NCBI GenBank assembly: GCA_943349825.1
Contig: CALQZQ010000004.1
Span: 51,866 to 115,865 of the forward strand
Reading direction: 5' to 3'
DNA length: 64,000 nt
Source: Candidatus Peribacteria bacterium
GTDB lineage: Bacteria > Patescibacteriota > Gracilibacteria > UBA1369 > 2-02-FULL-48-14
How positions within the stretch are numbered: position 1 is the stretch's first letter; every line of letters begins with the position of its first letter. The notes under the pieces were generated by a model, which was given only the letters and a program-made list of their open reading frames with translations, was not told the origin of the DNA and did no database searches. Of this stretch, positions 47,855-57,831 are shown in pieces. The position numbers and the translations under genes are program-made.

Positions 47855-47992
47855 ATGCCAGTTAAAAAGAAAAAAGCTGCGAAGCCAGCTAAAAAAGCTT
47901 CAAAGAAAGTTGTTAAGAAAGCAGTAAAGAAGGTTGCTAAGAAACCAGCCAAGAAGGCTGTGAAGAAAGCAGCTGGAAAGAAAAAGCGTTAA
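47855..47992 (+). CDS. 45-aa Lys/Ala-rich histone-H1-like protein, absent from the ORF track
   Basis: MPVKKKKAAKPAKKASKKVVKKAVKKVAKKPAKKAVKKAAGKKKR; AT-rich upstream region and terminator downstream. Confidence 0.8.
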   Translation: MPVKKKKAAKPAKKASKKVVKKAVKKVAKKPAKKAVKKAAGKKKR

Positions 47993-48014
47993 GCGACATT
48001 ACGTCGACGTTTTA

Positions 48015-48040
48015 AAAAGCCCCGCGCAAGCGGGGCTTTT
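48015..48040. terminator. bidirectional intrinsic terminator
   Basis: AAAAGCCCCGC-GCAA-GCGGGGCTTTT. Confidence 0.85.
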
Positions 48041-48056
48041 GTTTCGTGTCTATAAA

Positions 48057-48524
48057 TTATTCCACCGCGAGTGGGAAGTAGGTTTGTCCGTAACCGCCTT
48101 CTTCAAAATTTACTTTCACGGAGAAAATTAAATTGCCGGTGTGTTTGAAAGCATCGGAAACGAGGTAGGTGTTGTTGCCTTCATCCGTTTTGGGCAAATT
48201 GTTTTGAATCGTGTTGCCCGTGGTGCTGTCCTTCAAGGTGAGGGTCAGTTCTCTTATGGAGAGTGTGGTGGCAATGTGAACGGTGATGGGGGTCCCATTA
48301 GTGAATGGAGTGAAGGTCATGGCTGACCAATCGGGATCGCCGTTGTCTAAACACAAAACGTCACTGCAGAATCCACCACTCACACCGGGGGCTTCCTCTT
48401 GGCCTTCCCAAGACACTTGAATGTCTGGTTGTTTTGCCAGTTCAGCTTGCATGTCTACTTTAGGTGCGGTGTTGCAAGCGGTGAGTAGGGATAGCAGGGT
48501 AATGAGAGAGAGTGTGCGTTTCAT
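48057..48524 (-). CDS. hypothetical lipoprotein
   Basis: MKRTLSLITLLSLLTAC lipobox; ATGA overlap with the upstream gene. Confidence 0.75.
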   Translation of the reverse strand: MKRTLSLITLLSLLTACNTAPKVDMQAELAKQPDIQVSWEGQEEAPGVSGGFCSDVLCLDNGDPDWSAMTFTPFTNGTPITVHIATTLSIRELTLTLKDSTTGNTIQNNLPKTDEGNNTYLVSDAFKHTGNLIFSVKVNFEEGGYGQTYFPLAVE

Positions 48525-49489
48525 CCGAAAGTGAAGGTGAAGAGCTTGAAGCCTACACCCTTTGGGACGATTTTTAAAGTATGCGTGCCATAATCGCTGC
48601 CTTCCACTAGGGTGTAGAGCATGTTGGCCTGTACGGTTATGGTTTGTAGCAGTTTGCCGTCGAGCCACACTTCTACTTCTGTGGGGGCATCCGCACTGGC
48701 CACCATATAGATGTTTTTAGCATTGTATTCAAAGACGACGCTGCTTTCTGTGCTGGCGCTGACTAGGGCTTCGCTTTCTTGAGTCCAGTCGCCGATGGCA
48801 TAGGCTTGATTGGGCGCTATGCTGGAAGATTCTGTCGTGACGAAGCTCAAATTGCTGGAACGATCGCTGCCAAAATAAGTTTCCGGACTGTTGATTTTAT
48901 TGAAATCGACAGCGATGGTGTTTTCGGGAGTGCTAATGCCCATGTCGGTGAGGCCGAGCGCTTTTTGAATTTCGCTTTCGATTTCATCATCATCCCCTTC
49001 GCCGATGTGGTCGTAAACGATTTCTCCGTTGAGGCCGATGAGATAAACGTGAGGCCAGTAGCGATTTCCAAAAGTGTTCCATGTGCCATGATCGTTGTCC
49101 ATCACTACGGGATAATTCACCTTGAATTGTGCGACTGCGGCTTCTACATTTCTGCGTTCTTTTTCGAATTCAAATTCTGGAGTGTGCACGCCCACAATCA
49201 ACAAACCTTTGTCTTCGTATTTCTTCCACCACTCGTTTAAATAGGGAAGAGTGCGTTGGCAGTTGATGCAACTGTAGGTCCAAAAATCGATGAGGATGAC
49301 TTTTTCTCCGATCACGTCTGCTATTTGAAAGGGCTCCGTGTTGATGAAGCCGCTGGGATTTACGAATTCCAAACTGCTGCCGGCAACTACGGGTGTACTG
49401 GGGGCTTTCAAACTTTCCAAATATAAAATGGAACTGACGATTCCAAGAAGGGTGAGTGTGAGCAGTAGGTAACGAAGCCAGCGGTTCAT
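48521..49489 (-). CDS. DipZ-like thioredoxin (redoxin plus C-terminal domain)
   Basis: DFWTYSCINCQR, GVHTPEF, NRYWP, SPETYFG, FTFTFG. Confidence 0.9.
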   Translation of the reverse strand: MNRWLRYLLLTLTLLGIVSSILYLESLKAPSTPVVAGSSLEFVNPSGFINTEPFQIADVIGEKVILIDFWTYSCINCQRTLPYLNEWWKKYEDKGLLIVGVHTPEFEFEKERRNVEAAVAQFKVNYPVVMDNDHGTWNTFGNRYWPHVYLIGLNGEIVYDHIGEGDDDEIESEIQKALGLTDMGISTPENTIAVDFNKINSPETYFGSDRSSNLSFVTTESSSIAPNQAYAIGDWTQESEALVSASTESSVVFEYNAKNIYMVASADAPTEVEVWLDGKLLQTITVQANMLYTLVEGSDYGTHTLKIVPKGVGFKLFTFTFG

Positions 49490-50193
49490 GGCAGCAAAAG
49501 TTTATTGAGTAGAGAAAAATTCGCGAGCAGCGGAAGATTTTCTGTGAAGACGAAGACTCCGAGCACAATCAGTAAGAAGCCAAAAACTACATTCACCCAG
49601 TGAATGACGGAAACCCAGCGGCGAATGAAGTTTGCCGCTTCGTTGGCAAAGAGTCCTACTATAAGGAAAGGAATGCCGAGTCCGAGTGAGTAGCACATCA
49701 ATAGTGTGAAGGAAGATCCTGGTTCTGTGGCAGCTAAGGTTAAAATGGTGCCGAGTACAGGGCCGACGCAGGGTGTCCATCCGGCGGCGAAAGCGGCACC
49801 AAACGTGAAAGCCGTGAGGCGGCGTGATGCGAATTGGAAACGTGGCGTGAATTTATATTCACGTTGGAGAAAGTTGAGACGAATGAGTCCGGTGAGCAAG
49901 AGCCCAAAAAAGATGATGAGACTTCCACCGATGCGAGAAACCCAGGTTTGAATGGCGGTGGCGCTTTCGGGGAGCACGGAATTTAAAATCACGCCCAAGG
50001 CGGCGAAGACTACAGAGAAGCCGAGTACAAAAAAAACACTGGTTCCAAAAATAGTGAAGCGGTGATTTTTAGCGTCTTTCAAAGTGCTACCGGCTAAAAA
50101 AGAAAGGTAGCCGGGAATGAGCGGAAGCACGCAGGGAGAAAGAAAAGAGACGAGTCCGGCCACAAAGGCGATCCAGAGGTTGAGTCCGCTCAT
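49486..50193 (-). CDS. ccdA: CcdA/DsbD-type disulfide transfer membrane protein
   Basis: GLVSFLSPCVLPLIPGY, GWTPCVGPVL, YSLGLGIPF. Confidence 0.9.
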   Translation of the reverse strand: MSGLNLWIAFVAGLVSFLSPCVLPLIPGYLSFLAGSTLKDAKNHRFTIFGTSVFFVLGFSVVFAALGVILNSVLPESATAIQTWVSRIGGSLIIFFGLLLTGLIRLNFLQREYKFTPRFQFASRRLTAFTFGAAFAAGWTPCVGPVLGTILTLAATEPGSSFTLLMCYSLGLGIPFLIVGLFANEAANFIRRWVSVIHWVNVVFGFLLIVLGVFVFTENLPLLANFSLLNKLLLP

Positions 50194-51095
50194 GTATTTT
50201 TGGTGAGCAGCTCTTGGATGCGAGGCAGCGCTAGTTCACCAGCCTCTGTGCCTTTGGCAAAAATTTCTAAATATTTTTCTGTGTCGAGCAGGCTGAAATT
50301 GGTGACATCTGGGTGCACCAGTAGATCGGGTTTGAACTCAGTGAGTATGCGATTGCGGAAAGCTTCTTCAGCAATACAAACGGACCGCAGCAAAATGGCA
50401 AAAGGAAAACTGATTTTGAGCATGGCTTCCTTCAACAGTTTTTTTGGGATTTCCAGTTTGTCCACTTTTTCTAAATCTTTTTGTATATAAAAATGATAAA
50501 CGAGACCCGCGATATTTTGTTCGGTATAAAAAGATTTAAGATCTACGGCCACGTGCACGTCTGCTCCCATAGTTCTGCAGAGGTCTATGGGGATGCTGTT
50601 GAGTACACCTCCGTCCACCAGCAATCGTCCTTCCAAAAAGATGGGGGGAAAGAGTCCTGGGATGCTCATGGAAGCTTTGACGGCTTCGAGTACATTTCCA
50701 CTTTTAAAAATCACCAATTCTCCTTTCTCGATGTCCACGGCGTTCACGATCAGAGGGATTTTTAGCTCTTCGAAAGTCAGGGAGGCGGGAATCATTTTTT
50801 CCACCATTTCGATTTCTTCACCGGCGCGCAGCAGAGATCCTTTTTCAAAACTGAAATTGCTGATTCGGAAAAAACTGTGTTCGGCTTCAACGAAAGAAGA
50901 CATGATCGCAAAAATTTCATCCGGCGTTTTTCCTTGGGCGATGCCGGCACCGACTAAAGCTCCGATGCTGCATCCTGCAATGGAATGGATGGGAATTTGA
51001 TTGTCGAAAAGCGTTTTATAAAAACCAATGTGAGCGAAACCTTTGGTTCCGCCACCGCTCAAAGTGAGTCCGAGAGTTTTGTAGGCGCTATTCAT
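50190..51095 (-). CDS. patatin-like phospholipase
   Basis: LSGGGTKG, GCSIG, ASMSIPG, VDGG. Confidence 0.9.
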   Translation of the reverse strand: MNSAYKTLGLTLSGGGTKGFAHIGFYKTLFDNQIPIHSIAGCSIGALVGAGIAQGKTPDEIFAIMSSFVEAEHSFFRISNFSFEKGSLLRAGEEIEMVEKMIPASLTFEELKIPLIVNAVDIEKGELVIFKSGNVLEAVKASMSIPGLFPPIFLEGRLLVDGGVLNSIPIDLCRTMGADVHVAVDLKSFYTEQNIAGLVYHFYIQKDLEKVDKLEIPKKLLKEAMLKISFPFAILLRSVCIAEEAFRNRILTEFKPDLLVHPDVTNFSLLDTEKYLEIFAKGTEAGELALPRIQELLTKNT

Positions 51096-51107
51096 GGCGT
51101 GTTCATT

Positions 51108-52133
51108 TTACAGGATGAGCATCGCGTCTCCAAAGGAATAAAATCGAAAATCGTGAGCGAGGGCGAGTTCGTAGAACTCTACCAAATGTTTTTTGGCTTG
51201 CTTGTGCTGTAGAAAAGCTTCCACCAACATCATGAGTGAAGAGCCCGGCACGTGGAAATTGGTCAAAAGGGCGTCTGGAATTTGGAAAGAGTAGGGAGGA
51301 AGGATGAAAAGATTCGTGCTTCCGATGAGCTCGCCGCTTCGAGCGAAGCTCTCGAGTGAGCGTGTGGCGGTGGTGCCCACGGCGACTAGGGGTTGGCCCG
51401 ATTTTTTCTGGCGCAGGATTCTTTCGGCGGTGTTTTTTGGAATTTCGTAGCCCTCTTTATATAGGGTCTTTGTGGCTAAGTGTTCCGGCAGCACCGGGGC
51501 AAAGGTTCCCAGACCTACGTGGAGAGTGAGGAAAGTTTTTTGAATGCCAGCGGCAGCGAGTTTTTTGAAAACTCGTGGAGTGAAGTGCAAGGAAGCGGTG
51601 GGAGCTGCCACGGATCCCGGTTTTTTTGCGAAGACGGTTTGGTACTTTTTCCGCTTCTCCGTTTCGGTGAGCGGACAGTGTTCAATATAACGAGGTACCG
51701 GCATCTCTCCGATGCGCGCCAGGACCTCGGGGAGTTTTTTTAAATCGAAATCGGGTTTGAAGCGGAAGATTTTTTCGTGCGATTCCAGCACAGTGAGAGT
51801 GTGGCCCTGGGGCAGGTGAATGTTTTCTCCCGGTTGCAGCTTTTTATTGCAGCTAGCGAGTAGCACTTTGTCCGTGGGCTGCCATTCGTTGCTCATCACC
51901 AGCAGTTCCACTGTGCCTTTTGCACTCATGGCGTGTACGCGACAGGGGAGTACTTTGGTTTCGTTCATCACCAGGAGGCTTTGGGGAGGAAGGTAGCGGT
52001 CCAGATTCAAAAAGGTGTCGAAAAAAAGCTCGTTCGTGGCGCTTTTATAAACGAGCAGCTTGCTGCTGTCGCGCGGGCTCGCTGGCTTTTGAGCGATGCT
52101 TTTCTCCGGTAAATGGTAGTGATAGAGGTTCAT
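51108..52133 (-). CDS. queA: S-adenosylmethionine:tRNA ribosyltransferase-isomerase
   Basis: IAQKP, YQTVFA..GSVAAPTASLHF, HVGLGTF, VGTT, TNFH, FYSFGDAM. Confidence 0.95.
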   Translation of the reverse strand: MNLYHYHLPEKSIAQKPASPRDSSKLLVYKSATNELFFDTFLNLDRYLPPQSLLVMNETKVLPCRVHAMSAKGTVELLVMSNEWQPTDKVLLASCNKKLQPGENIHLPQGHTLTVLESHEKIFRFKPDFDLKKLPEVLARIGEMPVPRYIEHCPLTETEKRKKYQTVFAKKPGSVAAPTASLHFTPRVFKKLAAAGIQKTFLTLHVGLGTFAPVLPEHLATKTLYKEGYEIPKNTAERILRQKKSGQPLVAVGTTATRSLESFARSGELIGSTNLFILPPYSFQIPDALLTNFHVPGSSLMMLVEAFLQHKQAKKHLVEFYELALAHDFRFYSFGDAMLIL

Positions 52134-52302
52134 GGCATGTTTAGTGTCGTCACAAATTTAAAATTTGTCTAGCTTTTTTTTGAAAGTTCGTGTAGAGTAT
52201 CTCTCGGACCTTTTTATTTTAGGAACAGTCGACTCAAATACGTGCTCTGAAGAGCTCATGTACAACAGGGTGGACCGTTATAACACCCTCTTGGGCTCTA
52301 AT

Positions 52303-53520
52303 ATGTTCAGAAAGCAATTTACTCACCGTTCCAGCGATCGCCGACCCGCTCCTGGACGTCCTAGTTCTAGTCATGGTCGTGGTGGCCGCAGTGGCGGTGG
52401 TCGTGCGGGTACGCCCCACATCAACCCTGCTCTTTTGGTGAAAAAAGCCACCGGAGTTGTGGAGAAAGACAACTTTATCCCGTCTTTTGAGTATAAGGAC
52501 ATTCCTGTCCATCCTCAACTGCGCTCCAATATCTTAAAGAAAGGCTACCTTACGCCGACTCCTATTCAAGATGGAACTATTTTGCCCATCAGCGAAGGAC
52601 GCGACGTGCTTGGTATTGCTAACACCGGAACCGGGAAAACAGCCGCTTTCTTGATTCCCCTCATTCACCGCGCGCTGGGTGATGCCAAGGAACGCATCCT
52701 TATCCTCGTCCCTACTCGTGAAATCGCTACCCAAATTCAAGATGAATTCGTTGGTTTTGCACAGGCCACGCGACTCTGGTCCGTGGTTTGTACCGGAGGA
52801 CTTCCTTTGGGCAAGCAAATCCGTCACCTCAAAGTGGATCCTACTTGTGTGATTGCGACTCCGGGACGTTTGAAAGATTTGATCGAACGCAAAGCCATCA
52901 ACTTGGGACGTTTCAACCGTGTCATTATGGATGAAGCCGACCGCATGGTGGACATGGGATTCATCAAAGACATTCGCTATCTTTTGGGCCTTTTGCCTAA
53001 GGAACGTCAATCTTTGTTTTTCTCCGCTACACTTCCTCACGACGTGAAGGATTTGATTCATTCTTTCTTACGCGATCCAGTGACGGTTTCTGTGAAGAAA
53101 CAAGACACTTCCGCGAACGTGGACCAAGACATTGTGACCATTTTCCCCGGTCAGAATAAATATCAAATTTTGAAAGCGCTGCTTGAAAAAGAACATTTCC
53201 AAAAAGTTTTGGTTTTTACTCGCACTAAGCGTGGAGCGGATCGTCTCAGTACTTACTTGATTCAAGAACGTTTCACCGTGGCTTGTATTCACGGTGATAA
53301 GGAACAGCGTCAGCGTCAAAAAGCGCTCGATGCCTTCAAGGAAAATCGTATTCAAATTCTGGTGGCTACCGATGTGGCTGCTCGTGGACTCGACATCCCG
53401 AACGTGAGCCACGTGATCAACTTTGATATGCCTCAAACTTACGAAGACTATGTACACCGCATCGGTCGTACTGGCCGCGCGGACAAGAAAGGACATGCTT
53501 TAACGTTCATCGATAAATGA
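52303..53520 (+). CDS. DEAD-box RNA helicase
   Basis: PTPIQ, ANTGTGKT, PTRE, TPGR, DEAD, SAT, HRIGRTGR; start could be 52258. Confidence 0.95.
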   Translation: MFRKQFTHRSSDRRPAPGRPSSSHGRGGRSGGGRAGTPHINPALLVKKATGVVEKDNFIPSFEYKDIPVHPQLRSNILKKGYLTPTPIQDGTILPISEGRDVLGIANTGTGKTAAFLIPLIHRALGDAKERILILVPTREIATQIQDEFVGFAQATRLWSVVCTGGLPLGKQIRHLKVDPTCVIATPGRLKDLIERKAINLGRFNRVIMDEADRMVDMGFIKDIRYLLGLLPKERQSLFFSATLPHDVKDLIHSFLRDPVTVSVKKQDTSANVDQDIVTIFPGQNKYQILKALLEKEHFQKVLVFTRTKRGADRLSTYLIQERFTVACIHGDKEQRQRQKALDAFKENRIQILVATDVAARGLDIPNVSHVINFDMPQTYEDYVHRIGRTGRADKKGHALTFIDK

Positions 53521-54095
53521 AGCGTGGTTTGATTTTGTTACTACTCCTTAGTGGCTGCACATTTTCTTCGGAAGATGCTCAGCCACTTTTGGGTGATGTG
53601 CATGAACACGCCGATTTTAAAGTTTATCTGAATGGAGAGGCCTATGATTTTGCGGAGGACAAGTACATGTCTACCGAAGAAGCGCCGCTGAACCCTTTCA
53701 CTCATGTGCACGATGGCGAGGGAGAGGTGATTCACAAACACATGAGTGGCGTTACGCTGGGCAGTTTTTTTGAATCGCTGGGCATGGAATTCACGGCGGA
53801 CTGTTTTATGCTCGATTCCGGCGAATCCTACTGCACGGACTCTACGCACACGCTGCAATTTTTTGTGAATGGAGCAGAAAATGCTGAGTTTGCTGACTAT
53901 GAATTTCATGATGCTGATCGACTTTTAATCACGTACGGAGCGCCGACCCCTGAGCAGCTTCAAAGTGAACTCGACTCGGTTTCCGATCGTGCTTGTATTT
54001 TTTCCGAAACGTGTCCGGAACGCGGTTCACCGCCGGATGAATCCAGCTGTACCGGTTCTGGCACGGATTGCATCGCGCCCGTGCAGCACGATTAG
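53517..54095 (+). CDS. hypothetical lipoprotein with His cluster (probable metal binding)
   Basis: LSGC lipobox; HEHAD, HVHD, IHKH; C-terminal Cys. Confidence 0.75.
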   Translation: MKRGLILLLLLSGCTFSSEDAQPLLGDVHEHADFKVYLNGEAYDFAEDKYMSTEEAPLNPFTHVHDGEGEVIHKHMSGVTLGSFFESLGMEFTADCFMLDSGESYCTDSTHTLQFFVNGAENAEFADYEFHDADRLLITYGAPTPEQLQSELDSVSDRACIFSETCPERGSPPDESSCTGSGTDCIAPVQHD

Positions 54096-54110
54096 CGTTA
54101 TACTGTTTGC

Positions 54111-54386
54111 ATGATCAATCCTATTAATACTGATTCGGAGGAAGGAGGAGCTTTTTGGGCCGGTTCGCTCTGGGGCTTTTTTTGGGCATTGCTTTTGGGT
54201 GGGGTTTTACTCATTTCAATCGGCTTTCTCCTTTTACTTCGGGGCCCTAATGCTTCGACTGTGGATGAAATCGATTCCACCACTGATTTAGCTCCTTTAA
54301 CCGAGATGACTCCGAATATGGAGGCGGTTCCGGATACTAGTACGGACACTACTCCCGATGAAGGAGCTGTTGAAGTGAACCCCTAG
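54111..54386 (+). CDS. small single-TM protein with acidic tail
   Basis: 91-aa ORF. Confidence 0.55.
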   Translation: MINPINTDSEEGGAFWAGSLWGFFWALLLGGVLLISIGFLLLLRGPNASTVDEIDSTTDLAPLTEMTPNMEAVPDTSTDTTPDEGAVEVNP

Positions 54387-54436
54387 TGCTTGACGGTTTT
54401 GTGGACACGAGTTTCCTTTGCGATTAGAGTCTGTTC

Positions 54437-56110
54437 ATGAAAAAAATCATCGGAATTTTTGCCTCCCTGGGCCTCCTCCTGGGTTTTTTTGTGCCTGTGG
54501 CTCAGGCTGATTTTACAGATGTAGAGGATCATTGGGCGCGCTTGTATATTGAAGAGTTGGAGGATCAGGGCGTGGTGAGCGGTTATGACAATGGCGGCTT
54601 TGGTCCGGACGATGTGCTCACTCGTGGGCAGATGGCGAAGATCATCGTTTTGGCTTTTGATTTTAATGTGGATGGCACCACAATCACGGCTTATGTGGAT
54701 GCTGTTTTAGAGCAGGGCATTGCAGAAGGTTATAGGGATTCGAATGGTAATTTGATGGGCGCATTCGGCGAGAATGATTCACTGACGCGTGCCCAAGCGG
54801 TGAAGATGCTCACCCTCGCCGCTGATTTGAGTGGAACCGGCACCCTGTCTTTTCCAGATGTGCCTTCCAGCCAGTGGTACTACTCCTATGTGCGTGCGGC
54901 CTATGCGCATGGCCTGGTGACGGGTTATGACAATGGAAATTTTGGCCCCAACGATCCGGTGACTCGAGGCCAAATCGCCAAAATGACCGTGCTGGCGGAG
55001 GATACTTTTTACGATGATATGCCGGTGAGTGTGAGCTCGGTGGAGGAGCCGGACGAGGAGAGTGAACACAGCACGGCGTCTACGGCTTCTACGGGATCTT
55101 CGTCGGGATCTTCTTCGGGATCTAGTTCCACGGTGGCCTCTGAGCCCCTGACTTCCACTAGCACTTCGGCGTCAGCTCCCAGTTCTACGTCGGTAAGCAC
55201 CCCGGTGGTTTCTGACCCTACACCTTCCAGCACCAGCACTCCTGTTCCAGTTTCTAGCTCAGCTGGCTTTTTCATGGGAGCCTCCTTCTATGTGGACGCT
55301 TACTCCAACGCGATTCAACAAATTGCGTCGTGGAGCGCCAGTCGCCCTGCGGATGCAGCCGATTTGCAGGTCATTGCGGCCCAGCCTACCGCTAAGTGGT
55401 TTGGGGATTGGAATGACAACATTGAAGCTTCGGTGAACAGCTATGTGACAACCGTGAGCGCTGCGGGGGATTTGCCGGTGCTCGTGGCTTACAATATTCC
55501 TGGGCGAGACTGTGGCAGTTATTCGGCGGGAGGAAGTTCTGATGCGGACGATTATAGAGCGTGGATTCAAGATTTTACCGATGGAGTGGGGAGCCGGGAT
55601 GCGGTGGTGGTTTTGGAACCCGATGCGCTCTCTCTCGATTGTGTTTATGAGGATTCCGTCGATCTGCTTGCGGATGCGGTGGGTATTTTGAAATCCAATG
55701 CTCATGTGGCCGTTTATATTGATGCAGGTCACCCTAACTGGGTGCCTGTTTCGGACATGGCGGTTCGTCTGAAAGCGGCGAACGTGAGTGAAGCGGATGG
55801 CTTTGCCCTGAATGTGTCCAACTTCTACATCACTGCTGAAAATACTGCCTATGGGGAAGCAATTTCCGCCCTCGTGGGTGGCAAACATTTTATTATCGAT
55901 ACGAGTCGCAACGGGAATGGTTGGAATGGAGAGTGGTGCAATCCGTCTGGGATGGCACTGGGAGAAAATCCCACGACGAGTACGGGCAACTCTTTAATCG
56001 ACGCGCTGCTGTGGGTGAAACCTCCGGGAGAATCGGATGGAACTTGCAATGGAGGCCCTTCTGCAGGAGCCTGGTGGGCGGAGTATGCGCTCGGTTTAGT
56101 CCGAAACTGA
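54437..56110 (+). CDS. SLH-anchored glycoside hydrolase family 6 (cellulase)
   Basis: 3 SLH repeats, Ser/Thr linker, YNIPGRDCG, VLEPDAL, NVSNF, DTSRNG, WVKPPGESDG. Confidence 0.92.
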   Translation: MKKIIGIFASLGLLLGFFVPVAQADFTDVEDHWARLYIEELEDQGVVSGYDNGGFGPDDVLTRGQMAKIIVLAFDFNVDGTTITAYVDAVLEQGIAEGYRDSNGNLMGAFGENDSLTRAQAVKMLTLAADLSGTGTLSFPDVPSSQWYYSYVRAAYAHGLVTGYDNGNFGPNDPVTRGQIAKMTVLAEDTFYDDMPVSVSSVEEPDEESEHSTASTASTGSSSGSSSGSSSTVASEPLTSTSTSASAPSSTSVSTPVVSDPTPSSTSTPVPVSSSAGFFMGASFYVDAYSNAIQQIASWSASRPADAADLQVIAAQPTAKWFGDWNDNIEASVNSYVTTVSAAGDLPVLVAYNIPGRDCGSYSAGGSSDADDYRAWIQDFTDGVGSRDAVVVLEPDALSLDCVYEDSVDLLADAVGILKSNAHVAVYIDAGHPNWVPVSDMAVRLKAANVSEADGFALNVSNFYITAENTAYGEAISALVGGKHFIIDTSRNGNGWNGEWCNPSGMALGENPTTSTGNSLIDALLWVKPPGESDGTCNGGPSAGAWWAEYALGLVRN

Positions 56111-56177
56111 AGTGCTTGCTATTCCATAATTTTTAGTTTATTGTATATCGCTTGTTCTCTTAAAAACCCTTTTTCAC

Positions 56178-56909
56178 ATGTATCCCAAAAAGAAATTCGA
56201 CGGTGGCAGCAGATTCGGTGCTAAACGCGACTTCGGTCGTCCTCAGCTTTATTCAGCCACTTGTGTGGATTGTGGAAATACTTGTGAAGTTCCCTTCAAG
56301 CCGATGGGAAATCGCCCTGTGTTCTGCCGTGATTGTTTCAAAAATCAAGGAGAAGGTGCCGGTGCATCCATGGGTCCCAAAAAATGGGAGAACCGCAGCG
56401 AAGGCCGTGGTGGATTTGAAAATCGCGGCGAGAGCCGTGGTGCCGATGACCGTTTGATGTACCCTGCCGAATGCGACACCTGTCACAATGAATGCAAGGT
56501 GCCTTTCCGTCCTACTCAAGGACGCCCTGTGTACTGTCATCGTTGTATGGCTGCTCAGAATGGCGGCGGGGAAGAACGATCTTTTGGCAACGACCGTAAC
56601 GAACGCTCCTTTGCTCCTGCTAAATCTTTCGCGCCTGCGGCGGCTCCTTCAGCATCCAAGATGTCTGATGAGCAATTCAAAACTTTGAACGCTAAGATGG
56701 ATAAGATCTTGAAGGTTCTGGAATTGGCTACCGGTGAATTGGATGAGGACATGGACGACGAGGATGACTTTGAAGAAATGGAGGACCTTAAACCTGTGAA
56801 ACCGGTTAAAGCTCCGAAGGTTGTGAAAGCTGTTGAAGAAATCGTAGAAGCTCCTAAAAAGAAAACTCGCGGCCAAGTGAAACGGGCCAAGAGGACAGGG
56901 AAGGCTTAA
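56178..56909 (+). CDS. CxxC-x17-CxxC domain protein (two domains)
   Basis: CVDCGNTCEVPFKP..PVFCRDC and CDTCHNECKVPFRP..PVYCHRC. Confidence 0.88.
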   Translation: MYPKKKFDGGSRFGAKRDFGRPQLYSATCVDCGNTCEVPFKPMGNRPVFCRDCFKNQGEGAGASMGPKKWENRSEGRGGFENRGESRGADDRLMYPAECDTCHNECKVPFRPTQGRPVYCHRCMAAQNGGGEERSFGNDRNERSFAPAKSFAPAAAPSASKMSDEQFKTLNAKMDKILKVLELATGELDEDMDDEDDFEEMEDLKPVKPVKAPKVVKAVEEIVEAPKKKTRGQVKRAKRTGKA

Positions 56910-56927
56910 TCATTTCAAGACTGGTTT

Positions 56928-56954
56928 AAAAGGCAAGCGCAAGCTTGCCTTTTT
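56928..56954 (+). terminator. intrinsic terminator
   Basis: AAAAGGCAAGC-GCAA-GCTTGCCTTTTT. Confidence 0.85.
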
Positions 56955-56979
56955 TCGTTAATTGTGTTGTAATTTGTTC

Positions 56980-57774
56980 ATGAGCATGAACCTTTCCAGA
57001 GTGGCTGCACTCACGTCCACCTTGTTTATGACTGGGAACTTAAGAGGGGACACGCAGGAGGTTCTGCCTCAGGCTCGCGTTTCTGAGGGGGTTTCTTGTC
57101 AGCAAGAAGCTCTTTTGGCTCAGGTCCAGACGCGCCTTCCCAAGGGAACTGCTTCCGATCGAATTGAGTTTGTGGTTGCGGCCGGGCCCAATCGCATTCA
57201 GAATTTGCCCACGGCGATCCGCTTAGCGAATCAAGTGGCGGAGAGCACTTCGGAACAGGTTTCTTTGGTGCTTCGTGTGGATGAAGGGGAGCTTCCAGAA
57301 GGGTGGAGGGAGAAAGGGAGGATTGATCCTCAGGATCTTCGTTGGGATTTTGTGCTCGAACGGCTTATGTATGACAAATCGGGGATTACGGTTGCTCAAC
57401 TTTTAGCTACCGTGCGTTCCGAGGTAGGGCAAGCCCTTGTGGTTCAAGCGATGGGAACCTCTTATACGGAAGTGGTGGATAGTATTTTGGAAACGAAGGC
57501 GAATGCGCTCGTTTTTTTAGCACACAACTGGCCACTGCAAGAACGTCTCACCTTGGCTGCAGAAAATACAGTTTCTGTAGGACCCATGAGTGAACACTTA
57601 CGTGGGGTTCAAGTTTTGTGCCATGGCAATACTTTGGATGCCGACTTTGCCAAGGAGGCCGCTTCTTACGCGCTCGACGGATCTACGAGTTTAGTGGGAG
57701 GCCACGATGCTGTGGTGGATACCTCTCGAGGTGGGCATCGTTGGGCGAGGATCAAAAAATGGGCAGGCTTTTGA
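56980..57774 (+). CDS. hypothetical protein (orphan)
   Basis: ORF with no recognised motif. Confidence 0.6.
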   Translation: MSMNLSRVAALTSTLFMTGNLRGDTQEVLPQARVSEGVSCQQEALLAQVQTRLPKGTASDRIEFVVAAGPNRIQNLPTAIRLANQVAESTSEQVSLVLRVDEGELPEGWREKGRIDPQDLRWDFVLERLMYDKSGITVAQLLATVRSEVGQALVVQAMGTSYTEVVDSILETKANALVFLAHNWPLQERLTLAAENTVSVGPMSEHLRGVQVLCHGNTLDADFAKEAASYALDGSTSLVGGHDAVVDTSRGGHRWARIKKWAGF

Positions 57775-57831
57775 AGATGGTACTAAAAAATCCCCGGGTT
57801 TTAGGCCGGGGACTCTTTGTTTGAGCTGAAA

